A DNA stretch of 63,306 bases, filler included, from 9 parts of 9 records of this genome joined end to end with filler, not necessarily neighbours in it; one strand, 5' to 3'. Positions 43,169 to 54,106 are shown, counted from the first letter of the whole stretch. The notes: a model not told the origin generated them from the letters alone. Translations and numbers: made by a program.

Positions 43169-43918
43169 TTAGCTCAGTTTGTCTACAAAATCCAAACGTT
43201 CCCATGGTAAATCCAAATCCGGCCTGCCAAAGTGCCCATACGCCGCCGTCTGCCTATAGATCGGCTTCCTGAGATTAAGGCGCTCGATAATCGCCGCGGG
43301 GCGAAGATCAAACACGCCCTGAATACGCTTTACCAGCTCCTCGTCGCTGATTTTGCCCGTGCCCTGTGTATCAACATAGATAGAAACCGGATCGGCCACG
43401 CCAATGGCATATGCAATTTCGATCTCGCAGCGGCCGGCAAGCCCTGCCGCCACCACGTTTTTCGCAATGTGCCGTGTCGCATACGCCGCGCTCCGGTCTA
43501 CTTTGCTAGGGTCTTTGCCAGAAAACGCGCCGCCGCCGTGCCGTGCATAGCCTCCATATGTGTCCACAATAATCTTTCTGCCAGTCAGGCCGGAATCACC
43601 CGCCGGTCCGCCAATCACGAACCTGCCCGTCGGATTCACGTAATACTTCGTGCTATCGTCAAGCAGCTCCGCCGGAATGACCGTCTGGATGACGTGCTTC
43701 ATAACATCTTGTTTTATCTGCTCTTGCGATACTTCTTCGGCGTGCTGCGTTGAAACAACGACCGCATCCACACGAATCGGCGTGTTCCCGTCGTACTCCA
43801 CCGTCACCTGCGATTTGCCGTCCGGGCGAATGTAATCGAGCGTACCGCTCTTTCTCACCTCGGAAAGCCGCTTTGTGAGGCGATGCGCCAGCGTAATGGG
43901 CAGCGGCATCAGCTCTTC
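43169..43918 (-). CDS. metK: S-adenosylmethionine synthetase; 5'-partial
   Basis: [33 protein letters not shown]. Confidence 0.97.
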   Translation of the reverse strand, partial: EELMPLPITLAHRLTKRLSEVRKSGTLDYIRPDGKSQVTVEYDGNTPIRVDAVVVSTQHAEEVSQEQIKQDVMKHVIQTVIPAELLDDSTKYYVNPTGRFVIGGPAGDSGLTGRKIIVDTYGGYARHGGGAFSGKDPSKVDRSAAYATRHIAKNVVAAGLAGRCEIEIAYAIGVADPVSIYVDTQGTGKISDEELVKRIQGVFDLRPAAIIERLNLRKPIYRQTAAYGHFGRPDLDLPWERLDFVDKLS

Positions 43919-44018
43919 NNNNNNNNNNNNNNNNNNNNNNNNNNNNNNNNNNNNNNNNNNNNTTAATTAATTAANNNNNNNNNNNNNNNNNNNNNNNNNN
44001 NNNNNNNNNNNNNNNNNN

Positions 44019-44165
44019 ATCCGGAATGATAACGCGAAATTCAGCGGCCAGCAAAGCGTCAGCCTGATGCTTCCAGCTTTCAGGGCCCATCAAGGAGTCG
44101 TGCAGCAGGACAACGGCTGGCCCTTTTCCCATATTCTGATAGTTCAGTGGCATTGTCTTATCCAT
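44019..44165 (-). CDS. Alpha/beta hydrolase, N-terminal fragment
   Basis: GKGPAVVLLH...W..Q...L...FRVIIPD. Confidence 0.7.
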
Positions 44166-44523
44166 TCGCTTGCTCCTCTTTCCCTCAAAAAGTCATTGAA
44201 ATTGTTACAGGAGGAAGAGACAGCAATCTTCATACCACTGTTCTATTTTTTTAAATGTCTTTTTTCCTTATTATTATCAGCTGATTACGAGACCACATGA
44301 AAAACCCGCAAAAAGACTTTTTCGCATAAATGCAATAGCTTTATAAAATTTGATTCAGCGGTAAGCGCTAACTATCTAAAAATAATGAATATTCTGTTTT
44401 TGCATATTTGCAAAAACAGAATTGCAAAAAAACAGGCCGCCCTGCACAGGAACTGGCGCTTCACGTTAAAAAACATGTACAATTCAGTGACAACGAACTC
44501 AAACCACTGAACCGGATAAAAAA

Positions 44524-45411
44524 ATGGATGTTGTTTATCTCAATGGACAGTATATAAGCAGTGATCAGGCTCGCATCTCCGCTTTCGATCAGGGATTTCT
44601 CTACGGAGATGGAATTTTTGAAAGCTTCCGCTCCGTTGGTGACCAGCTCTATCATTTCGATCAGCACTATCAGCGCCTGGTTCAGTCGGCCCGTGCACTG
44701 AATTACCCCGTTGCCTGCAGCCAGCTTGATCTGGAGAAAATCCTGCATGAATTGCGACAGCGCAACGAACTCACCAATGCCTACTACCGCATCACCATCA
44801 CCAGGGGCATTGGGGAGATCGGCTTCAACCGGGACATCACCAACGACCTGACCGTTCTGGTGATCGGCCGGGAGTATAAAGGGTTCAGTGAAGAGCATTA
44901 CCAGAACGGAATCTGCCTGAGCCTGGCCGACACCCGTCGGAATGCACCTGAAGCGATCAATCCGAAGATTAAATCGATCAGCAACCTGAACAGCCTGCTC
45001 GGAAAACTTGAAGCGAAGAGCAAGGGGGTCTTTGAAGTAATCATGCTCAACAACAAAGACCACATCTGCGAGGGGGCGTCATCCAATATCTTCTGGGTCA
45101 AAGATCACTGGATATTCACCTCCGATGCGTCAACCGGCCTTCTGGAAGGCGTCACCCGCGCAACCATTATGCGTTTGTGTGAACAGCAGATGAATCTGCG
45201 GGTCATCAGCGGTGAATTCAAACTTCAGGATCTGAAATTTGCCGATGAGGTTTTTATCACCTCGACATCGCTCGAAGTCATGCCTGTGGTTCAGGTCGAT
45301 GATTTCATGATCAACCAGGGAACCGTTGGCCCCATTGCGCAAAAGCTGCGCACGGAACTGCACCGGGACATGGGGTTGCCGGAAGAACAGGCCGCCCCGA
45401 ACAATAAATAG
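44524..45411 (+). CDS. Class IV PLP aminotransferase (PabC/IlvE/Dat family)
   Basis: DQGFLYGDGIFE, EGASSNIF, LLEGVTR, ADEVFITST. Confidence 0.9.
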   Translation: MDVVYLNGQYISSDQARISAFDQGFLYGDGIFESFRSVGDQLYHFDQHYQRLVQSARALNYPVACSQLDLEKILHELRQRNELTNAYYRITITRGIGEIGFNRDITNDLTVLVIGREYKGFSEEHYQNGICLSLADTRRNAPEAINPKIKSISNLNSLLGKLEAKSKGVFEVIMLNNKDHICEGASSNIFWVKDHWIFTSDASTGLLEGVTRATIMRLCEQQMNLRVISGEFKLQDLKFADEVFITSTSLEVMPVVQVDDFMINQGTVGPIAQKLRTELHRDMGLPEEQAAPNNK

Positions 45412-45426
45412 CGATAAGGATCCAGC

Positions 45427-46963
45427 ATGTTGAAACGGCTTTCTCTCGCAATCATTCTCTCCCTCATTTTCCTGACGGGTTGTGCCGTCAATCCGGTCAC
45501 CGGAAAAAATGAGCTGGCGCTGGTCTCGGAATCCGCGGAAATCAATATCGGCCAGAAGCAGTATCTCCCCAGTCGACAGATGCAGGGGGGCGACTACAAA
45601 ACCGATCCGGGAGTCGTTGCCTACGTCAAGCAGGTCGGTCAAAAGCTGGCCAAAGTCAGTGATCGCAAGCTTCCCTATGAGTTCAACGTAATCAATGATT
45701 CAACGCCAAACGCCTGGGCCCTTCCGGGCGGGAAAATCGTTATCAATCGCGGTTTGCTGGTCGAGCTGAAGTCTGAAGCTGAACTGGCGGCCGTCCTCGG
45801 TCACGAAATTGTTCACGCGGCAGCGCGTCATGGTGCCAAAGGGATGGAGCGAGGCATCTTGCTTCAAGGGGCCGTTATGGCCGCAGGCGTAGCATCCAGC
45901 AACAGTGAGTATGCTCAACTGGCGGTTGGTGGTGCGGGTGTCGCCGCCCAGATGATCAGCCAGAAATACAGCCGCAGTGCTGAGCTGGAGGCCGACTTTT
46001 ACGGCATGAGCTATATGGCGGGCGGGTTACGACCCAAGCGCTGCAATCGACCTGCAGCAGACCTTCGTGCGCCTGTCTGAAGGACGTCAATCCAACTGGC
46101 TGAGCGGCCTGTTCGCCAGTCACCCGCCATCACAGGAGCGGGTTGACGCAAATCGTGTCACGTCGGCAAATCTCAATCAGGGTGGCATCATCGGGGTCGA
46201 GCGCTACCGCGCTGCCATTGCGCCGCTGCTTCGCGATAAAGAAGCTTATAAAGCCTACGATGAGGGTCGCAAGGCGCTGGCCGACGGGAAACATGAGCAG
46301 GCCCTCTCCTTGGCCCAGCAAGCCCTGAAATTGCAACCTCGCGAAGCACTCTTCCATGCTCTGCGTGGAGATATCCGCCTGAAACAGAAGCGTTACAGCG
46401 ATGCAACCATCAATTACGACCGCGCCATTGCCCGCGATGACAGCTATTTCCATTACTACCTGCAGCGCGGCCTCGCTGGACTGAAACTCGACAAGACCAC
46501 GCAGGGCCAGGCCGACCTGGAAAAGAGTGTCAAACTACTCCCAACGGCCCCCGCCCTCAATGCGCTGGGCAATCTTTCACTGGATCAAGGCAAACGGACC
46601 GACGCCATGAAGTACTTTTCGGCCGCTGCCGGATCCCCATCTGAAGCTGGAAAAGCAGCCGGTCGCTCACTGGTCCTGCTTGACCTGCCGGAAAACCCGC
46701 ACACCTATCTGAAAACCAGAATCGGGCTGGACAAAAGCAACTATCTGCTGGTTAAGATCGGCAACCAGACAGAGCAAACTGTTGACAATGTCACTGTCGC
46801 CATCCGTTTTGTTGATGCCACAGGCAAAACAAGAACCGTTCAATCGTTGCTGTCGGGCCGCCTACCGGGAAAGAAAGCAGCGGTTCTGGAGACAGGGATC
46901 GGCCCATTCGCCGATCTGAAAAAAGTTCAGGCGCAGGTAATTAAGGCCGCAATTGTAGAATAA
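45427..46963 (+). CDS. M48 metallopeptidase lipoprotein with TPR region (BepA-like); frameshift near 46020
   Basis: Lipobox LTGC, NAWALPGG, HEIVH, ELEAD. The second frame continues AGYDPSAA...FASHP. Confidence 0.85.
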
Positions 46964-47021
46964 CTCTATTGACTGGCACATCGATCAGGAGTCACGCCAT
47001 CGAGCTACGGTCCTGATGAAA

Positions 47022-47050
47022 AAATCCCCCACCTGCGCAGGTGGGGGATC
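47022..47050. terminator. Hairpin between convergent genes
   Basis: ATCCCCCACCTG-CG-CAGGTGGGGGAT, with an A tract on the left. Confidence 0.7.
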
Positions 47051-47053
47051 CGT

Positions 47054-47443
47054 TTATTTCTCTTCGACCGGAAACTGGCTTCTCTGCCAATCTCTCCAGC
47101 CGCCCTTCAGAGCAAAGGACTTGGTATAGCCTTTGTCAATCATCTGTTGCGCCACACGGGCGCTTGTGTATTCGTTCGGTCAGGCACAATAGAGAACAAA
47201 AGTATTCTCCTTTGAATAGTCGGCAAGAGGAGAAAAATCGCGACCATCGACCCTGACAGCGCCCTTGATTTTAAACTCACTGGTCGACCAGTCTCGACCT
47301 GAACGGGCATCAACAACAACCACAGTCTCATCTCCGAGCTTCGCTCTCAGTTCTTCTTTTGTCATTGTCGAGACAGAAGCCGCAAAGAGCGGTGTCACCA
47401 AAAACGCCACTCCAATGATCACTAAAAGTAAGCTTCTCAGCAT
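47054..47443 (-). CDS. Exported rhodanese-like selenoprotein (129 aa; Sec at the UGA 47182-47180)
   Basis: Reading through TGA gives VLYCA-U-PNEYTSARVAQQMIDKGYTKSFALKGGWRDWQRSQFPVEEK*, which completes the rhodanese fold. Confidence 0.85.
47149..47163 (-). promoter_or_regulatory. Candidate bacterial SECIS hairpin
   Basis: mRNA GCGCC-CGUGU-GGCGC, 16 nt 3' of the UGA, with GU near the start of the apical loop. Confidence 0.7.
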
Positions 47444-47470
47444 ATTTACCTCCGTTTCAGCAAGAGTCTG

Positions 47471-48680
47471 TCAACGGCTCAGCCGTACCCAGACGGTTGC
47501 GGCAGCAAAGCTACCGGTCATCAGTGTCAATAATATCTTGAGGGTAAAAAGGATGTCAGCCAGGGCTAATATATATATCAGGCTGGCAAGCAGGAGAAGT
47601 GCGGGCGCGACCAACAACCCAGTCTGTCCTGACGATACGCTGAGTATAAGAGCTTTCAGGCCAGTCAAGAATAGCCAGAGGACGAGCACAGCTTTTATCA
47701 AATCTTCCAAGATATCGTATCCCGCAAGCCCTCCCGCCATTGACCCTCCAATGGCAACACACGCCAGCACAGAAACGAGCCGCTGAACGTTCGTTGCAGA
47801 GGGCCTTTTCAGTGCAAAACGTTGAGATTGAGCCATCAATTCAGCCTGTAACAACATGAGGAGCCCATTGAGCAGAGCCAGCGCGCCACTGATGATGGTC
47901 AAACCGATCAAAACGCGCCCCGGATGGCCGAGGATTTCTCTGGCGCTAAAAATGTAGGGGATGGTTGACCCGGCCAGTTTGCCTTGAGGCACGTGAAAAG
48001 GCTGGCCGCTGCCCAGAGAGCCAAAAGAGTTGTCGCAACAAGCAACGGAACACTATAAACACGCCTGCTCGTGTTCAAAGAGTCACTCAAAAGAGCTGGC
48101 TTTTCGTCCAGAATACCGAGAAACAGAAGCGGACTCGCGGCCAGAAGAAAAACCAGTCTCCTCCTGCCACCATCAGAGCGTCAACCTCTTCTGACGGCTG
48201 GGCTAGACCCTGCAGAAAGCCGACGACTGCCAGAATAGCCAGGCAAACAAGGGCTGTCCCGACGCTGACAACCTGGAGAGCAAGGGCAACACGTTGACCA
48301 ACAAGATGGCAAATAAGAACAATCCCGAGCAGTAAAAAACTGAAACCAAAATTCGGGAACCAGTAGAGAAAGGTTTCGTTAAAGGTAAACCCTGCTGTCA
48401 CCAGCGCCCCGGTCGGCAGCATGACAGCCAGGCCGAAATAGCACGCAAGGCTCAACGTCAGGGGTAAGGTCCGGCCCAAGGTTGTGCGCTGCGATGAGAG
48501 AGGGAGCACCTCTGTTCGATAGATTTTTGCCATAAAGGCATAAAGAACCAGAGCCGCTGACAGAACGAAGAAAAAGGCATAACCACCACGCCCAGCCAGG
48601 TTGCCCAGAAGGACAAGACCATCTGGAGAGAAGATCCAGCAAAAGGAGAGACTGATTAGGGCGACCTTTCGATGTTTCAT
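47471..48680 (-). CDS. Polytopic membrane protein (possibly APC-like transporter); two frameshifts near 48155 and 47995
   Basis: Three hydrophobic ORF pieces in successive frames join into about 400 aa. ATG at 48680 overlaps the upstream stop (ATGA). Confidence 0.65.
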
Positions 48681-50044
48681 GGCGCTACCATCAAACCCTT
48701 TGAGACGCACGGTTTCCCTTGAACCACATGAGTGAACGGGTGCTGCAATACGAGTGGTTTTGCGAAGTCCACTGCCTGAAAAATGGTGTCTGCCTTCCGG
48801 ATCCTGTTGTCGATCACCTGAAATCCGGCGATCTGCTGTCGGTTTTGAGTGGGCACATAAAGAATTGTTGTATTGTTATCCTGTGTCACCACGGAGAGGC
48901 ACAGATTCCTTTCCCCAATGGAGTGATTACTGAAGGAGGATATCTCCGCAAGAGGGGTCATCCTTCCAGGCTGAATTCTGGCGACTTTTAACACCCCTCC
49001 AATATGGGGCGTCTGGACCCATGCCAGCTCAACGGAGCCATCACCATCCAGATCATAGATCGCAGCAATATTGAGCCACCGGGATGCCCTCCCGATCTCT
49101 TCAACCCAAGCATACTCAATCAGTGCGTTATCCTTAATCTTGTAGATCACGATACCGGCCCCTTTGGTCATATGAGTTCGAATCGTGACAAATTCCACCT
49201 GCCCATCATGATCAACATCAAAGAGACGTGGCTTGATATCTTCATAGACATAGTGATCCGCTAGATCATGTGTATAAACAGAGCCGTTCTGAATCACGAC
49301 CAGTTGTTCAGCTTCAATAGCATCCCCCAGAATCCCATGTGAATATCGATCGGTCGGCCGTGCATATTGAGCATAAACGGTTCCGTCATCGCTCACACTG
49401 ATCTGCTTTTCCGGGAGCTGATGGAAATAATCCGCTAAAAAACTGACAACGGAATCATCCCCTGTCAGACCACGGGCCAGGCTGTTTCGCTGTCTGGGGC
49501 TGAGCCACTCCCACGTTTTGCCGGAAAACGACCCCGGCATAAATGGCTTACCAGTATACTCTGCGACCAATGCTTGAAGGTAATTCGGAACAGGGCGAGT
49601 TGCCGCTTTCAAAGTCTCGACCATCCGTGTAGCAATGCCTCCGGTCGTCCAGACACGATCCTTCCGGGGGATAATATCCCGACCATCAGCATCCAGAAAT
49701 CTGACAACTTGAAAGTTCCAGGCAGGCTCGTTAAAACGTTCGAGCCATTCCCGGTCCTTTCCTCCTCTGTTGTTTATGACAAGAACAGGGATAAATTCGT
49801 CTTCAATCGCTTCGACAATCAGCGGATTGCTGAGAACTGTGCTGCCGAAATCCTGACACCCACCACAGCCGGGAACCTCCTGAAAAAGAACAAAGAGCGG
49901 TCGACCGGTTTCATCACTTCTTTTCAGAGCCCCGTCCAGATCCCGCCCCCATTGAACTGAACCAATTTCAATAGGATTAACACCCGCTTCGACTCCGGTT
50001 GCCACGATGACGAACACAGCAAGTAAAATGATAAATCGTCCCAT
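48677..50044 (-). CDS. Exported VPGUxxT-family-like thioredoxin (Cys form) fused to an FG-GAP/VCBS-like domain
   Basis: Signal peptide; LFQEVPGCGGC; FNEPAWNFQVVRFLD; C-terminal DVDHDGQVE and DLDGDGSVE repeats. Confidence 0.7.
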   Translation of the reverse strand: MGRFIILLAVFVIVATGVEAGVNPIEIGSVQWGRDLDGALKRSDETGRPLFVLFQEVPGCGGCQDFGSTVLSNPLIVEAIEDEFIPVLVINNRGGKDREWLERFNEPAWNFQVVRFLDADGRDIIPRKDRVWTTGGIATRMVETLKAATRPVPNYLQALVAEYTGKPFMPGSFSGKTWEWLSPRQRNSLARGLTGDDSVVSFLADYFHQLPEKQISVSDDGTVYAQYARPTDRYSHGILGDAIEAEQLVVIQNGSVYTHDLADHYVYEDIKPRLFDVDHDGQVEFVTIRTHMTKGAGIVIYKIKDNALIEYAWVEEIGRASRWLNIAAIYDLDGDGSVELAWVQTPHIGGVLKVARIQPGRMTPLAEISSFSNHSIGERNLCLSVVTQDNNTTILYVPTQNRQQIAGFQVIDNRIRKADTIFQAVDFAKPLVLQHPFTHVVQGKPCVSKGLMVAP

Positions 50045-50393
50045 CCATCAGCCCTTTGTAGAGATGCAATCCTGTACGTTGTCTGGTTTGATCGTTTAAG
50101 TTACTTTACCACTGCGCGATAACCCTAGAGTAAAGGGTAGATAAAGATCAGGTAAAGATTTCTGAACAATGGATTGGCACTAGCCCGTGAAGACGCCTGA
50201 GCGGTAGGTAATCCAGAAGAGAAGCTACCGGTTTTGAAGGGGATGGGAATGCTTGTTTGAAAGTAGCTAGCTGGTCAGTCTGAATAGTGGTTCGCCGTAA
50301 TCAATGACTGGATTTGTCCCATCATCTGCGGTATTAAAACGGAGAGTTTCCTACCCGGACTCCTGAATCGAGAATATCAAAGCGAGAAAAATC

Positions 50394-50552
50394 ATGAACC
50401 GTCCAATTGCGATACTGCTTATCGTCCTCATAGTAGTAAGTTTGCTTTTCAGCACATTCGCTCTTTCCCAGGGAAAATTCGGTGAAGCGCTTATCGTCTA
50501 TCCTCTGCTGGTCGTTGCTTATCTTTTTTCGCGACGTGGAAAAAAGAAGTGA
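50394..50552 (+). CDS. Small two-TM membrane protein (52 aa; not in the ORF track)
   Basis: MNRPIAILLIVLIVVSLLFSTFALSQGKFGEALIVYPLLVVAYLFSRRGKKK. Confidence 0.5.
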   Translation: MNRPIAILLIVLIVVSLLFSTFALSQGKFGEALIVYPLLVVAYLFSRRGKKK

Positions 50553-50907
50553 CGATCGGAATTTCAGAAGTCATAAACACACACCTGCCTGGCCGTTAAA
50601 CTTAAAAAGCCTATAAACGTCGCCTGCTCCCTCCGCTCCCGAAAAACCTCCAAACTCTGGTGCAAGCACCTGATACAAATTGTTCTTTTAGAGTTGCCGG
50701 ATACAAAGATGGTACGAGATGCAATCGGCCCGATGCTGAAGTCAGCAACCACTTCATTGACGGCCGGGGTTTTCGATTGACAGCGGCATATCGCTTAAAT
50801 ATGTTGGTTTTCGCACTAAGGTTGGCAAAGAAGAAACGGTTCACAGCGCTACAGGCGCGATCACTAAAAAGCATTTTTCATCAACTCAATCAAAAAAGAT
50901 ATTAATT

Positions 50908-52311
50908 ATGAGCGGATTTTACGGGGCTGTTTCAAGAGAGAAATGCGTTGACGATGTTTTTTATGGTACAGACTACCATTCACACCTGGGCACAAAAAGA
51001 GCCGGGTTGGTTTTCTACAATGAGGAAGATGAATTCCAAAGAGCGATCCATAGTCTGGAAAGCGAATACTTCAGGTCAAAATTTGAAAAACATCTAAACG
51101 ATTTTTCAGGGAAACTGGGCATGGGTGTCATTAGTGATACCGATCCTCAACCCATTATTCTCAACTCACATCTCGGGAAATTTGCGGTTGTTACTGTCAG
51201 TAGGATTGTAAACATCGATGAGCTGGAAAAAGAATTTCTGGACCAGAAAAAGCATTTTACTCAAAACTTTCAGGGAAAGGTCAGTCCCACCGAGCTTATT
51301 GCCAACCTTATCTGCGAAAAGGACAGTTTTGTTGAAGGAGTTAAGAATGTGCACAATAAAATCAAAGGATCCTGCTCTCTTTTGATCTTAGCTCCCGATA
51401 GAATTATCGCCGCCAGAGACAAGCTGGGTAGAACACCAATCGTTATTGGCAAAAAGGATGGCTCTTTCGCAGTCGCGTCGGAGACATCATCATTCCCAAA
51501 TACCGGTTACGAAATTGAATACTATATCGGCCCCGGGGAAATCGTGGAAATCACTTCCGACGCCTATAAAACCATTAAGCCTGCCAATGAGAAAATGCAG
51601 GTATGCTCATTTCTATGGGTGTATTACGGCTATCCGACGTCTTTCTACGAAGGAATCAATACGGAAGAGACGCGCTATCGTTGCGGGGCCGCCATTGCCA
51701 AAAAGGACGATGTAGCGGCCGATTATGTTTGCGGTGTTCCGGACTCCGGTGTCGGACACGCATACGGTTACAGCAATGAAAAGGGGGTTCCTTACAAAAG
51801 GGCTTACTCAAAATACACCCCAACCTGGCCACGAAGCTTTATGCCTCAAAATCAAAACATGAGAGAGCTGGTGGCTAAAATGAAACTGATACCCAACAAT
51901 GCAATCATCAAGGACAGCAAAGCAATCTTCCTTGACGATTCGATCGTTCGTGGCACACAACTTAAAGATAATACGGTTGATTTAAGAAAAGCGGGGATAA
52001 AGGAAGTCCACATGCGGATTGCATGTCCTCCGTTGACTTATCCATGTAACTTCCTGAACTTTTCACAATCGCGATCAACCAAGGAATTGGCAACAAGAAA
52101 AGCCATTATAGAGCTCGAAGGTGAAGAGAAAAACCTTGGAAAGTATGCGGATTCAAGCACCCCGGAATACAAAAAGATGGTTGAATTAATCGCTGAGGAC
52201 CTTGGGATTGATTCATTGCTTTTTCAGGATCTTAACGATTTGGTCGAAGCAATCGGCTTACCGAAAGAGAGGCTTTGTACCCATTGCTGGGATGGCTCAA
52301 GTTATTACTAG
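50908..52311 (+). CDS. purF: Amidophosphoribosyltransferase-like protein lacking the N-terminal catalytic Cys
   Basis: PRPP loop DDSIVRGT, GVPDSG, Fe-S cysteines (CSF, CPP..YPC, CTHC). Starts MSGFYG. Confidence 0.85.
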   Translation: MSGFYGAVSREKCVDDVFYGTDYHSHLGTKRAGLVFYNEEDEFQRAIHSLESEYFRSKFEKHLNDFSGKLGMGVISDTDPQPIILNSHLGKFAVVTVSRIVNIDELEKEFLDQKKHFTQNFQGKVSPTELIANLICEKDSFVEGVKNVHNKIKGSCSLLILAPDRIIAARDKLGRTPIVIGKKDGSFAVASETSSFPNTGYEIEYYIGPGEIVEITSDAYKTIKPANEKMQVCSFLWVYYGYPTSFYEGINTEETRYRCGAAIAKKDDVAADYVCGVPDSGVGHAYGYSNEKGVPYKRAYSKYTPTWPRSFMPQNQNMRELVAKMKLIPNNAIIKDSKAIFLDDSIVRGTQLKDNTVDLRKAGIKEVHMRIACPPLTYPCNFLNFSQSRSTKELATRKAIIELEGEEKNLGKYADSSTPEYKKMVELIAEDLGIDSLLFQDLNDLVEAIGLPKERLCTHCWDGSSYY

Positions 52312-52413
52312 GATTAACTTATTAATCACCAATTCAAGTTCACACGGGAAGCTACAAAGCCGTAGAACAGCCCTTCCTTAGAGCGCTTTCTATAGATCGG
52401 GGAAAGAGAGACA

Positions 52414-52449
52414 CGAAAGCCGCCGGAATTTTCTGACGGCTTTCTTCTT
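52414..52449 (+). terminator. Terminator after purF
   Basis: GAAAGCCG...CGGCTTTCTTCTT. Confidence 0.65.
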
Positions 52450-52538
52450 ATCTGTAAAAGTCTGAACTTGATCTGACAGACAGTGTCAGATTTTTGGTGC
52501 TTTCAGCGTCGAAACTCACGATATTTGAGATTTTGTTT

Positions 52539-53480
52539 TCAGGCAAATTCCACACATGGTTCGGTTACTGCCTCATTGACCTCCACTGTGACATGCTCCA
52601 AACCGCCTAACTGATGCAGCAAGCTTTTATAGTGGTCAGGAGTCTGTGGATAATGTGTCACCACAGACAATATCAATGCGTACTTGTTGGCACTTACTCT
52701 CCACAGGTGAAGGTCCGCTACCAGGTTATCCGAATCCTCCTCAATAAGGGTACGGATTTTGTTCGTCATCTGTTCATCCGCGTCACGATCGAGAAGTATC
52801 CTACTGGTATCACGCAGCAAGCCATAGGCCCAACGGCTAATAACAATCGCCCCAACAACTCCCATCGCTGGATCGAGCCAGACCCATCCCATAAATTTTC
52901 CGGCAAGTAAAGCAACGATGGCAAAAACCGATGTCAGAGCGTCCGCCAGAACATGCAGGTAGGCCGCTTTTAGGTTGTGGTCATGATGATGGTGATGATC
53001 GCTACCAGAAAGGTCATGCCCATGTGAATGTCCATTAAGTAGCAAGGCACTCACAAGATTGACTATCAAACCAACGATGGCCACCAGTAATGCTTCGTTA
53101 AACTTGATTGCCTCCGGCGAAAAGAATCGCTCCACCGATTCTGCCACCATTAACAAGGAAACTATCACCAGTACAATAGCACTGGAATAGCCGCCTAGAA
53201 TGTCAACTTTGCCGGTTCCAAAACTGTAGCTAGGATTCTCTGCGTGCTTTCTGGCAAACCAGTAGGCAAATGCTGTAATTCCGAGAGCAAAGAAGTGAGT
53301 TCCCATGTGCCAGCCATCGGCCAATAAAGCCATCGAGCCAGTAAGCCAGCCAGCTACGATCTCGACCACCATCATGATCAACGTCAACCACATCACTCTG
53401 TGGGTATTGCGCTCAGCAGTGCGATTGTCGTTGTGGGTTTTGTGTTGGTGTTGCCATTGTTCAATGTTGTGCTTGTGCAT
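52539..53480 (-). CDS. dmeF: CDF-family Co/Ni efflux transporter
   Basis: SMALLADGWHMGTH, His-rich loop, DHNLKAAYLHVLADALTS. Confidence 0.9.
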   Translation of the reverse strand: MHKHNIEQWQHQHKTHNDNRTAERNTHRVMWLTLIMMVVEIVAGWLTGSMALLADGWHMGTHFFALGITAFAYWFARKHAENPSYSFGTGKVDILGGYSSAIVLVIVSLLMVAESVERFFSPEAIKFNEALLVAIVGLIVNLVSALLLNGHSHGHDLSGSDHHHHHDHNLKAAYLHVLADALTSVFAIVALLAGKFMGWVWLDPAMGVVGAIVISRWAYGLLRDTSRILLDRDADEQMTNKIRTLIEEDSDNLVADLHLWRVSANKYALILSVVTHYPQTPDHYKSLLHQLGGLEHVTVEVNEAVTEPCVEFA

Positions 53481-53554
53481 CTTGGGTCCTTACTAACCTG
53501 ATGTTGGGGCCCCATATGATTGAGATTTCTCTTATGGCACAATTCATAATTGGA

Positions 53555-54106
53555 TTATTTGCGATAGATTTTTTCAGGATTCACACCGGTAGACCAGGGC
53601 AGTCCAGAATTTTGCCATCCATTTATAACGCGTCGATCTTTCAACTTTCCTTGCTTGGACTTGCTCCCCTGAAAACCGTGATCAATATATTTCACATTGC
53701 TGAATCCACGCGCCAGAAGATATTCTGCACTGGGTTTACCCCGATGAGAGCCAGATCTACACATTGTTATAATCAATGCATCCCTACCAAGCCCTTTCGC
53801 TTGTAACGCTTGCTCAATATCTGAAACAAAATCTGGATTTATATCCATCGCAAACATCGACCTTTTTACAATGAAACGACTCCGATCAACTAATCGGAAA
53901 GGAATGTTAGCGTCGACAACATCAGTAAATCCGACAAAAAAGATTTCCACGGGATCGCGCACATCAACAAAAAGCACGCTATCTCCTTGTTTTTGTACGA
54001 GGTCCCATGTTTTTTGAGGGGTAATTAAAAGAGCATCTTTAGCGTAGAGTTGTCCTGTAAATACCAAACTCAAAAACAATATTGATAAAAAAGTTCTCAT
54101 CACCAT
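53555..54106 (-). CDS. Exported rhodanese-like domain protein
   Basis: Signal peptide, FVDVRDP, MCRSG, GW..SGLPW. Confidence 0.85.
   Translation of the reverse strand: MVMRTFLSILFLSLVFTGQLYAKDALLITPQKTWDLVQKQGDSVLFVDVRDPVEIFFVGFTDVVDANIPFRLVDRSRFIVKRSMFAMDINPDFVSDIEQALQAKGLGRDALIITMCRSGSHRGKPSAEYLLARGFSNVKYIDHGFQGSKSKQGKLKDRRVINGWQNSGLPWSTGVNPEKIYRK

Noticed and set aside
48087-48089. TGA ending ORF 48087-48710 as a second selenocysteine codon
   Set aside because: It lies in an off-frame tail after a frameshift, with no redox motif context.
50560-50907. Purine, PRPP or glutamine riboswitch in the purF leader
   Set aside because: I could not match any consensus by eye. An Infernal/Rfam scan would be needed.
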